Source of the DNA: a virus
Taxonomy: Duplodnaviria > Caudoviricetes
Length of the DNA: 63,107 bases
Strand: one strand, 5' to 3'
IMG/VR virus record: IMGVR_UViG_3300030104_000829
Location: 1-63,107 of that record
In this document: positions 55,931 through 63,107 of the stretch, in pieces
How the letters are laid out: each line of letters opens with the position of its first letter
How positions within the stretch are numbered: the stretch's first letter is position 1
Notes under the pieces: generated by a model
Databases searched by the model: none
Told to the model about the DNA's origin: nothing
Seen by the model: only the letters and a program-made list of their open reading frames with translations
Program-made: the position numbers and the translations under genes

Positions 55931-56662
55931 TTATAAGGTTTTATTAATAAAATATTGTTTAGGGTCAAAGCCCTCAGACTTATAGAACAATTCATAAGCC
56001 TGTACTGCTCTTTCAACTTTATCTTTACCACGTTCATAGAACTCTGGTGAGCAATCAAAGATACCTATTTGTTCTGTGTTTTTATCAATGGCAATAAATA
56101 CCATTTCATAACCAAATAGTTTACTATAAATATAAGCTTGTGAGTCGTAATTGTATTTAGAAGCTGAATATTTAAATTTATTAAGATCTGCAGTAGTTTT
56201 CAAATCAACAATGAGTTTTTCATTATGATTAATAATATCAGCTTTACCTTTCCACATTTGACCCTCAAGCTCTGTTATGCCTGGTACTTCATATTCTGTA
56301 TTACTATCACGTATTAATCCTTTGCATACATTATTATCTAAAACTTTGTCTGTTAATAATTCTATAGCATCGACTTCGTGTTGCAATAAGCATAATTCAC
56401 CGCCAGACATCTCTTTGTAAGCCTTAGTGTTTCTAGTGGTAGACTGTATCACTCTATACTTATGCAGTTTATCTGGTTCAAGTATAGCCGTGTGAAAATA
56501 TCCACCAACTAGAAATGCAGGTCGCGGAGCTTGCTGCTTACCTAAAGCTAAAGGATTTGTAAGTAAAGTACCAATATCAGAGTTACTTAAATACTTTTTA
56601 CCAAAAGCACCATAGTAATTCTCATCATCACGTAACTTTTCAATTACTTTTTCTTTATTCAT
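55931..56662 (-). CDS. RecE/exonuclease VIII-like PD-(D/E)xK nuclease
   Basis: LSNS, G..FH.AILEP, KGKAD, VDLKTT, YDSQAYIY. Confidence 0.8.
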   Translation of the reverse strand: MNKEKVIEKLRDDENYYGAFGKKYLSNSDIGTLLTNPLALGKQQAPRPAFLVGGYFHTAILEPDKLHKYRVIQSTTRNTKAYKEMSGGELCLLQHEVDAIELLTDKVLDNNVCKGLIRDSNTEYEVPGITELEGQMWKGKADIINHNEKLIVDLKTTADLNKFKYSASKYNYDSQAYIYSKLFGYEMVFIAIDKNTEQIGIFDCSPEFYERGKDKVERAVQAYELFYKSEGFDPKQYFINKTL

Positions 56663-56663
56663 A

Positions 56664-57212
56664 TTATAGTGTTGTTAATGCTCCTTCTATTTCTTTAGAT
56701 AGAGCATACTTGGCTTTTATAGCCGATACTTTACCACCTGCTGTTACGTATTGAACCGCTTTTTCATAAGCTGGATCATTTTTAGAGGTTAAAGTTGGTT
56801 TTTTTGGCTCGAACTTTTTCTTGCCGTGATTGTTTGTAGCATCGCTATCTTGGGTGTCGTCTATTAGAAATAAATTTCCTAGTGCATACTTCTTTGCGTA
56901 ACTCGATGCTGACCCAAACTGTTGAGGTGCTTGCATACCTTTTTGATTAAGATCAACTCCAACTATTGATGTAGCTGTAATTGTACCTTTACCATCAGTT
57001 ACTGTAGCTGTTGTTTGTATAACAGGCATTGGCTCTGTTGCAATCAACTCTTCATTAACTGTTACGGTAACTCCTAACTCTAACAGAAAGGGTTTTGTAG
57101 CTTCGAGAATGTCTTCGGCTGACCTGAAGTAATACTTACCGAATGAGTTAAATCTACTTTTTTTCGATTTAAACTTTGTCTGAATTTGAGATAATTTTTC
57201 GTATATGGTCAT
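56664..57212 (-). CDS. erf: ERF family single-strand annealing protein
   Basis: GSASSYAKKYALGNLFLIDDTQDSD. Confidence 0.85.
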   Translation of the reverse strand: MTIYEKLSQIQTKFKSKKSRFNSFGKYYFRSAEDILEATKPFLLELGVTVTVNEELIATEPMPVIQTTATVTDGKGTITATSIVGVDLNQKGMQAPQQFGSASSYAKKYALGNLFLIDDTQDSDATNNHGKKKFEPKKPTLTSKNDPAYEKAVQYVTAGGKVSAIKAKYALSKEIEGALTTL

Positions 57213-57254
57213 ACTATTATAATTACATGTTTAAAATTAATTTACATATCTAAC

Positions 57255-58022
57255 TTACACTATATCAAGCACTTGCGAGTGATCTACATTGTCAATTAGT
57301 TTTTGAACTGCTTGCTTTTTTAACTCTGAAACGCGTACATAATTACCCACGCCGTTCATATTTAATTTTACAGCAATTTGTTTTGCAGAGTGCTTATCAC
57401 AATCAAGACCATAACTCATACGCAGTACCTCGTATTCATTTTCATTAAGGTATTTTTCCATTAAACTTTTTAAATAAATATTAAGTATATGTATGTTATA
57501 AGGTTCTGATTTGTCTGCTATTTGATACATCATATTTTCTTCATCATCATTTGTAACTTGAGCATCAATAGACAAAAATATACTATTGAAAAATATTTCA
57601 ACCATTTTTTTATCTTTAGGATTTTTACGTATTTCATTTAGTTTATGCTCTGGTATACGTATATCACCTCTAGCCATATCAATACGTCTACGTATAGCAC
57701 CTTTAATACGTTTAGATAGAAATGATTTTAATGTTTTTTCTATATCATCTGACTCATATAGTTTTGTCCACTCTATTCTATCAACAGCTTTTGTTAAGGC
57801 TTCACCACCACATTGTATTATATCATTTATAGTCATAACACCTGATGCTTGTTGAGTTGTAGAGAATTTACGACCTAAGTTTTCAATTAAAGGACTAAAT
57901 TTTATTATGAGTTCTTCTCTTGTATATTTTTTATAATCTGAACCATAGTCTGGTAATCTGGCTAAAGACTGTTTTAAGTCTTCTTTGTACCTTATATAGT
58001 TTTGTACGTTATATTTCTTCAT
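57255..58022 (-). CDS. sigma70-family phage sigma factor
   Basis: region 2 (DIIQCG..AL..AVDR, RIKGAI, IRIP) and region 4 (VLRMSYGL, RVSELKKQAVQKL). Confidence 0.85.
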   Translation of the reverse strand: MKKYNVQNYIRYKEDLKQSLARLPDYGSDYKKYTREELIIKFSPLIENLGRKFSTTQQASGVMTINDIIQCGGEALTKAVDRIEWTKLYESDDIEKTLKSFLSKRIKGAIRRRIDMARGDIRIPEHKLNEIRKNPKDKKMVEIFFNSIFLSIDAQVTNDDEENMMYQIADKSEPYNIHILNIYLKSLMEKYLNENEYEVLRMSYGLDCDKHSAKQIAVKLNMNGVGNYVRVSELKKQAVQKLIDNVDHSQVLDIV

Positions 58023-58650
58023 TTAATATTGCTTTTTCTTTTCTCAGGCAATCATTTAGATTACGCTGTATTGTTCTAGTAGAACAGTCTAACAAACCTG
58101 CTATTCTGCCCCATGTTATTGTTTTACCCATATCGTTTAGATCTAACATGCATTGATAAATTGATTCACCATCTACACGACTAGATCTACCGATAAGCTT
58201 ACCAACGATACTCATCTTCTCGTTAGGTGTTAAACCGCTATAGTCTTTAAATATTATCTTACGTTTTTTATTTACAGGTGGTTCGCCACCAGTTTTAAAA
58301 ACATCTTTAATCATTTCGTTTAACTTTTTATCACTAATAAAAAATGTAACAAAACCATTTTCTTTATCAGCTATAAACTCAAACCATTTTTTTAAATGCT
58401 CTAAATTCCAAAAAGCTACATTAATACCTTCTTTACAAGGATTTAGATAATATAAAACATAAAAATGCCACTTCAAAGATTTATATGTTGTAATCTTTGC
58501 TTTACTACGAAACAAGTGATAGCATTCGTATGTACCATTTTCATAGTAACTATACAATGCGGTATCAATCGTAGGTTTATCATTAACAGGATCACACCTG
58601 TAATTTATTCTACGATCGTTTAACCATTTCATGTTTCTTTCATGTGACAT
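58009..58650 (-). CDS. HTH DNA-binding protein (candidate origin-binding/initiator)
   Basis: C-terminal ITWGRIAGLLDCSTRTIQRN. Confidence 0.65.
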   Translation of the reverse strand: MSHERNMKWLNDRRINYRCDPVNDKPTIDTALYSYYENGTYECYHLFRSKAKITTYKSLKWHFYVLYYLNPCKEGINVAFWNLEHLKKWFEFIADKENGFVTFFISDKKLNEMIKDVFKTGGEPPVNKKRKIIFKDYSGLTPNEKMSIVGKLIGRSSRVDGESIYQCMLDLNDMGKTITWGRIAGLLDCSTRTIQRNLNDCLRKEKAILNEEI

Positions 58651-58686
58651 TAGCCTCTTACTTTATTATCTTTACGGGCTTTTGTC
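58646..58686. promoter_or_regulatory. inverted-repeat binding site, copy B, over HTH gene start
   Basis: GACATTAGCC-N21-GGCTTTTGTC. Confidence 0.6.
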
Positions 58687-58775
58687 AGCCTCGGTTTAAC
58701 AAAATTCTTAATTTTGGTACGAATACCAAATACGTCTGTTTGTATAATGTGGTTATATATTTTATATCTACTCAT
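58650..58775 (-). CDS. small basic protein (41 aa)
   Basis: MSRYKIYNH...VRG; TAATG overlap with HTH gene. Confidence 0.4.
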   Translation of the reverse strand: MSRYKIYNHIIQTDVFGIRTKIKNFVKPRLTKARKDNKVRG

Positions 58776-59103
58776 TTATAATTGTTATTTTTACGTTATT
58801 CCATTTACCGCCTTTTACATCTTTATTTACAAGAAAATCAATACGGTTTTTCCATCGTTTATTCATACGATCTTCAATAGTCCATATTCCATCTAACTGA
58901 CCTGCTCCTTGAACACAAACTTTAGTGCCAAACACAAAACCGTGTTGCTCTAAATCTCTAGATACGGCTATCCAACGGTGAACTTGAGGATCAGCTTCAT
59001 TAATAGTTTTAAGTGAAGCTGTAGTTAAATAGTCTGCATTGCATTGAGTAGGATCAGCATGGTATATTGTTGCTGTTACTAATATTGATATTAAAAAATT
59101 CAT
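58768..59103 (-). CDS. 3D-domain protein
   Basis: VTATIY, WIAVSRDL, FGTKV, IEDRM, RIDFL. Confidence 0.75.
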   Translation of the reverse strand: MNFLISILVTATIYHADPTQCNADYLTTASLKTINEADPQVHRWIAVSRDLEQHGFVFGTKVCVQGAGQLDGIWTIEDRMNKRWKNRIDFLVNKDVKGGKWNNVKITIINE

Positions 59104-59581
59104 CTGGTCTAGTTATTAATTGTTCGTTTTTATTAGCCACTAAGTATTTTTCACCTTCATAATAATTCCAATATGCAGTTATACTACATCCAGGCACTTT
59201 ATATTGATCTGGCATACACTGTGGCGGTTCTGTAAAAAAACCATCAGGTATACCTTTAGGTATAAACATTAAAGGTATTTTGCATCTAGTTATTGTTAAA
59301 TGTTCTTTACCATATCGATTTGTGTATTCTTCGCCAAGCGCTACCATGTGATTATACAACCACAAATACTGGCTTTTATTACCTCTACACCATATTGTTG
59401 ATGGGTGATTGTAATGTGCTTTTTTGTATGGTACAAAAGTCTTGTAGTCATACAACTCAGCATAATGATGATGCGCTGTACAAAGCATCTGGGCTGATTC
59501 TAGGATCATTTTAACCACATGCTTATTATATTGTATCTGCGCAGCTTTAACTGGGTCAGGATGTAAATAAAATATATTCAT
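59054..59581 (-). CDS. pyrimidine-dimer DNA glycosylase-like protein
   Basis: MNIFYL...HVVKMILESAQML, NHPSTIW, EY..RYGK.H. Confidence 0.75.
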   Translation of the reverse strand: MNIFYLHPDPVKAAQIQYNKHVVKMILESAQMLCTAHHHYAELYDYKTFVPYKKAHYNHPSTIWCRGNKSQYLWLYNHMVALGEEYTNRYGKEHLTITRCKIPLMFIPKGIPDGFFTEPPQCMPDQYKVPGCSITAYWNYYEGEKYLVANKNEQLITRPDEFFNINISNSNNIPC

Positions 59582-59688
59582 TTATATCTTTTATTGTTTA
59601 ATCTATTATAATGCGCGTCTAATAATATATGAGCAACCTCTTCGCTGATCATATTATCATTATATAATTTCCATATTACTTTACTCAT
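59578..59688 (-). CDS. small protein (36 aa)
   Basis: MSKVIWKLYND; ATGA overlaps at both ends. Confidence 0.45.
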   Translation of the reverse strand: MSKVIWKLYNDNMISEEVAHILLDAHYNRLNNKRYK

Positions 59689-59957
59689 AATTCTTCTTGT
59701 ATTTTAATAAACTTTTTAACTTTGTGTATTAGCGCTGTGAATATAGCTAAACCCATGCCACCTACAAATAATTTTACATTAGTTGTAAAAGGCTTTAAAG
59801 TAAAACCCCATATTAATAAAGCTATAAGATCTAGCGCAAACATAGCACCGCCAATGCCCATTATAACATCAGGAAATTTTTTACAAATTAAAGCTACTAA
59901 TCCTGTTATTTGTATAAGGATAATTATTGAACCAAAACCTAATAAAAAATCTTCCAT
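59685..59957 (-). CDS. 3-TM membrane protein
   Basis: three hydrophobic helices. Confidence 0.6.
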   Translation of the reverse strand: MEDFLLGFGSIIILIQITGLVALICKKFPDVIMGIGGAMFALDLIALLIWGFTLKPFTTNVKLFVGGMGLAIFTALIHKVKKFIKIQEEL

Positions 59958-59958
59958 A

Positions 59959-60798
59959 TTATTCGTAATTTCTTATACATTTAAACAGCGGGTGTCTGTA
60001 AGAACCTGCATTAGTTTTTTGAAAATAAGTAAAGGTAGCACGCTGACCAATGTAGTCATGAACGTTATCGAGCATAGCCGCTAAATCCTTGTAGGAATAA
60101 CCTTTGCCTGGTGGACAACCAAACTGTATACCTTCGTCATCTAGCATAATGAACTTACCGAGCGTGCCTTGTCTCTTACCTTTACCTGCTTCATAACCAA
60201 TGATAGTTGCTTCAGTATCGCTGAAGTCTTTGAATTTCATTAAGTCGTAAGACCTACCGTGCTTGTATAGACCATCTAGTCTGATAATAGAGCCTTCGTA
60301 ACCTTGATCAAGGAACTCAGCGTGTATATCTCTAGCATAATTATAACTGTCAACAAGTTTTGCAGGTACATACATAACTGTGTGATCAGGAGTATATATA
60401 CCTGACGTTACAAGTTGTTGCATACGAGTTTTGTAGCTGTCATATTTGACACCATCAAAGTAATCGTATACGTGAAACTGCACAAGATGTTGAGCATCTA
60501 GTCTATCATCTGCGGTAGGCTTTTGCTTACGAACTAATGATATAATTTTTTCGAAGTCATTTTTAAGCTTGTGATTGTACAACTCGCCATCGAGTATTAC
60601 GTCTGGGTTTTGCTTGAAAAATGGTATAAGTGCTAACTCGATATGAGCTAGGTTTTTAAAATGTTTGCCTGTACGAGAGTACGCGCCATTTTTAGTAAAG
60701 AGGCAACGAACACCGTCAAGCTTAGCTTGTATATACACAGGTTGAGACCAGTCAACTCTTGACTCGTCAAACTTGTGTGCTAGCATTGGTTTCTGCAT
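59959..60798 (-). CDS. ATP-dependent DNA ligase
   Basis: KLDGVR, LDGELY, YEGSII, LMKFK. Confidence 0.93.
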   Translation of the reverse strand: MQKPMLAHKFDESRVDWSQPVYIQAKLDGVRCLFTKNGAYSRTGKHFKNLAHIELALIPFFKQNPDVILDGELYNHKLKNDFEKIISLVRKQKPTADDRLDAQHLVQFHVYDYFDGVKYDSYKTRMQQLVTSGIYTPDHTVMYVPAKLVDSYNYARDIHAEFLDQGYEGSIIRLDGLYKHGRSYDLMKFKDFSDTEATIIGYEAGKGKRQGTLGKFIMLDDEGIQFGCPPGKGYSYKDLAAMLDNVHDYIGQRATFTYFQKTNAGSYRHPLFKCIRNYE

Positions 60799-60799
60799 A

Positions 60800-61042
60800 T
60801 TATTTAAATTTGTTAAGTTTATTTTCTATTGTTTTTATTTTATCTTGCAATTCTTTGCATTTTTCATAATTCTCACGTTTTAATTCAAAATCTAGTTTAG
60901 TCATTGTAGCTGCTAATTCTGCTAACAATTCTTCTTCGTTTGATTGTTTTGTAGGAACTATAAAAGCCGCATGATACATTAACTCTGTTATTACTAATTC
61001 AGCAACACGTTGAGCTATTTGTTCTATTTCTTTTTTAGTCAT
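60800..61042 (-). CDS. protein with UvrB/UvrC-like motif
   Basis: RENYEKCKELQDKI; start placed at MTKKE. Confidence 0.55.
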   Translation of the reverse strand: MTKKEIEQIAQRVAELVITELMYHAAFIVPTKQSNEEELLAELAATMTKLDFELKRENYEKCKELQDKIKTIENKLNKFK

Positions 61043-61484
61043 AATTAGTTTGATTGTTAGCAAAATCAGTATATTCCATATCTTGCATATATTTAGATAT
61101 AATTTTCTCAGGCGTTAACACAAACACACATTTGCTACTGTACATATCCCAACAACTTACGTGTATTTTATCTCTATCACCTGACCATATTATGTATCTA
61201 TACTGATGGTCTATTTGATCTGCTTTAGGGTATAAGTAGCAACTGTCATAGTACATGTCATGTACAAGTTTACTAGCTAATCTGCTACCGTCTTGACAAC
61301 CATTGCTTTTAGCAAGCAACCAATTAGCTATTTGTACACCTTGCCATTCAGGATAACCATCATGGTGCATGTATATGTTTACATAGCTTTTGTCTTGCAT
61401 AAGATCAGGATGTATAGCAAATCCTTCTGGGTATCTACTACTATGTTCTCGATCTACAACCATTAATAAGTTTCTAGTGCTCAT
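61035..61484 (-). CDS. hypothetical phage protein
   Basis: MSTR..., YMHHDGYPE motif. Confidence 0.65.
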   Translation of the reverse strand: MSTRNLLMVVDREHSSRYPEGFAIHPDLMQDKSYVNIYMHHDGYPEWQGVQIANWLLAKSNGCQDGSRLASKLVHDMYYDSCYLYPKADQIDHQYRYIIWSGDRDKIHVSCWDMYSSKCVFVLTPEKIISKYMQDMEYTDFANNQTNYD

Positions 61485-61930
61485 GCTTCTGTTTTTTCAT
61501 ATTCGTAACCTTCTTCTATTAATTCATTTTCAACTTCTTGTTTCATATCATTTACATACTCATCATACACTTCTGTAACTGCATCTTGTACATAATAAGA
61601 ATCTAAATCATCTACGTAGATAATATCATTATAATCAGTCATAGCTTCAGATAGTTTTTCTGCTAAGTCATTTTCGTAATAATGTACATCTTCGTTGATA
61701 CACACGTTTCTACCATCACCGTGAGTTGCAACCCATACTTCGTAGCCATCTGCTGTGCTTTCTGTATATATACTGTAGCAAGGAGTCTCGTTCCAGTTAT
61801 CTGTTAGTTTAAAATCGTAGTGTTTTTGTATTACTTTAAGTGCTTCATCGTGGTCAATATCAAACTTCACGCCACGAGCTTCTAATCTTTTATCGATTAG
61901 TTCTTCTGTTATTAATTTTTTAGTTCCCAT
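61481..61930 (-). CDS. acidic hypothetical protein
   Basis: 149 aa, D/E-rich. Confidence 0.65.
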   Translation of the reverse strand: MGTKKLITEELIDKRLEARGVKFDIDHDEALKVIQKHYDFKLTDNWNETPCYSIYTESTADGYEVWVATHGDGRNVCINEDVHYYENDLAEKLSEAMTDYNDIIYVDDLDSYYVQDAVTEVYDEYVNDMKQEVENELIEEGYEYEKTEA

Positions 61931-62207
61931 ATTCTATTTTATTATTATTAGTTACCATCCATTCACAGTCATTTACCTTGTGACCTGCTCCGTATAAGAA
62001 CGATTCACAAGATTCTGTGTCAGGGTTCCATTCATTTTCTTTTGTACATAATACGCTAATGTCATATCTATATACTTTACCATCTGTAAAATCTAGTAAG
62101 AATATATATTTAGCTGACTCATCCGCTGTTATTACTTCTTTTGCATTGTTACCAAAGTGTCCAACAATTGGATTATCTTCGAAGTATTTTGTTACTGAAT
62201 CACTCAT
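61920..62207 (-). CDS. hypothetical protein
   Basis: 95-aa coupled ORF. Confidence 0.6.
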   Translation of the reverse strand: MSDSVTKYFEDNPIVGHFGNNAKEVITADESAKYIFLLDFTDGKVYRYDISVLCTKENEWNPDTESCESFLYGAGHKVNDCEWMVTNNNKIEYGN

Positions 62208-62448
62208 AGTCTTTAGATATTAAAATGTTATCGCCATATTTAAAATCCCATGCAGTAACTTTAATTAACTCAATATCAGAAAATGTATATAACATGCTAA
62301 TGTCACTTATTTTTAAGTTAGAATAAAAATATTCATTACTTAGCGTTTCAATAACACTTAGCACACTGCTTTCATAGTTTACAGTATTCGCTAGTAAAGC
62401 CTCTTTAACTTCGGGTTTTAGTCTTTCGTAGATTGTTAGTCTTTTCAT
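62200..62448 (-). CDS. hypothetical early protein
   Basis: 82 aa after promoter copy 6. Confidence 0.65.
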   Translation of the reverse strand: MKRLTIYERLKPEVKEALLANTVNYESSVLSVIETLSNEYFYSNLKISDISMLYTFSDIELIKVTAWDFKYGDNILISKDYE

Positions 62449-62464
62449 ATTTATTATTTAATTA

Positions 62465-62497
62465 TATTATCTGTTGGTGTTTGTATTTTGTTTGTAA
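62465..62497 (-). promoter_or_regulatory. bipartite early promoter motif, copy 6
   Basis: TTACAAACA-N15-CAGATAATA. Confidence 0.8.
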
Positions 62498-62704
62498 TTA
62501 CTCACCAAGTACAATGACGTCGCCATGAATAGACTCGTTTTCAATAATAGACTCTACATCTTGCCAATGATACCAGTCCATTTCTAGTTCTGTCATTGTT
62601 TGCTTAATTTGATTTACTTTGTTTTGTTGACCATTGTTGTCGCCAATAATATAACCACCGACAAATAGTACGCACGCTAGTGCAATCGCTTTTCTTCTGT
62701 TCAT
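62498..62704 (-). CDS. small membrane-anchored protein
   Basis: MNRRK plus hydrophobic segment. Confidence 0.55.
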   Translation of the reverse strand: MNRRKAIALACVLFVGGYIIGDNNGQQNKVNQIKQTMTELEMDWYHWQDVESIIENESIHGDVIVLGE

Positions 62705-62718
62705 ATATTTAATTTTAG

Positions 62719-62792
62719 GTGCGCCAGCAGGATTCGAACCTGCGACCTCTAGGTTATGAGCCTAGCGAGCTGACCAACTGCTCCACAGCGCA
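62719..62792 (-). tRNA. tRNA-Met(CAT), initiator-like D-arm, CCA not encoded
   Basis: TGCGCTG/TGGCGCA acceptor, GAGC/GCTC D-stem, CTAGG-CTCATAA-CCTAG, GCAGG-TTCGAAT-CCTGC. Confidence 0.92.
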
Positions 62793-62798
62793 ATATAG

Positions 62799-62877
62799 TG
62801 GAGGTGGACAGAATCGAACTGTCTTCCGTAATAATTCCTTTGCAGGCTTTTTACTACGTCAAAACCATATCACCCCC
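62799..62877 (-). ncRNA. minimal tmRNA: tRNA-like domain only
   Basis: GGGGGTGATATGGTTTTGAC 5' end, G3:U70, A73, 8-bp P2-like helix with GNRA hairpin, GACAG-TTCGATT-CTGTC T-arm. Confidence 0.8.
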
Positions 62878-62881
62878 CAAA

Positions 62882-62964
62882 AATACCACCTGTCACTACG
62901 ACTGGCTTTGTACAACTGATACCTCAAGGAAGCCAAGGCGTCGATTTACTGTTAGGGTGGTATT
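62882..62964 (-). ncRNA. unknown structured RNA (interrupted rod)
   Basis: AATACCACC/GGTGGTATT, CGAC/GTCG, TGGCTT/AAGCCA nested stems. Confidence 0.55.
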
Positions 62965-63107
62965 GCTAGCAATTCACTTATGTGCGTGTAATACACTTCC
63001 GATTTCCATAAGGACTCACATACACACCTAATTAAGCTACTCGTCTAGCTATTTACGCTTCACAACCGTGCACTACTATTTCAAGCTGTGATTGTTCTTC
63101 GCGCTAT

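Noticed and set aside
62799-62877. Ordinary tRNA-Ala/Cys or permuted two-piece tmRNA
   Set aside because: No D-stem; CTGCAAA is not closed by a 5-bp anticodon stem; 5' and 3' halves are in normal order
62719-63031. Plus-strand ORFs 62719-62919 and 62798-63031
   Set aside because: Antisense shadows of the tRNA and structured RNAs

Overview
AT-rich tailed dsDNA phage DNA, probably most of one genome. A Bacteroidota/Flavobacteriia host is inferred from SD-less A-rich translation starts and crAss-like/flavobacterial-type virion genes. The + strand (3.0-47.7 kb) holds the late arm: tail fibres, GroEL/GroES, small basic proteins, holin, TerL, portal, major capsid protein, tail stabilisation proteins, a 2819-aa polyvalent cargo protein and an envelope/lysis cassette. 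The - strand (47.8-63.1 kb and 1-2.8 kb) holds nrdAB, nucleases, MazG-like enzymes, a T4 gp42-type dCMP hydroxymethylase-like gene, primase-helicase, SSB, exonuclease/ERF, a sigma factor, an HTH protein, a ligase and many tiny early ORFs. No DNA or RNA polymerase was recognised. The most unusual signals are: (1) early tRNA-mimic RNAs, namely a 79-nt tmRNA made only of the tRNA-like domain and a 41-nt anticodon-less minihelix, each directly downstream of an unknown structured RNA; (2) a lipoprotein-like gene overprinted in terL; (3) a six-copy bipartite promoter plus a sigma-region-2-like segment in the virion cargo protein; (4) a two-copy inverted-repeat site linking the HTH gene to a candidate origin. 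All functional calls come from motif reading only; no database searches were run.
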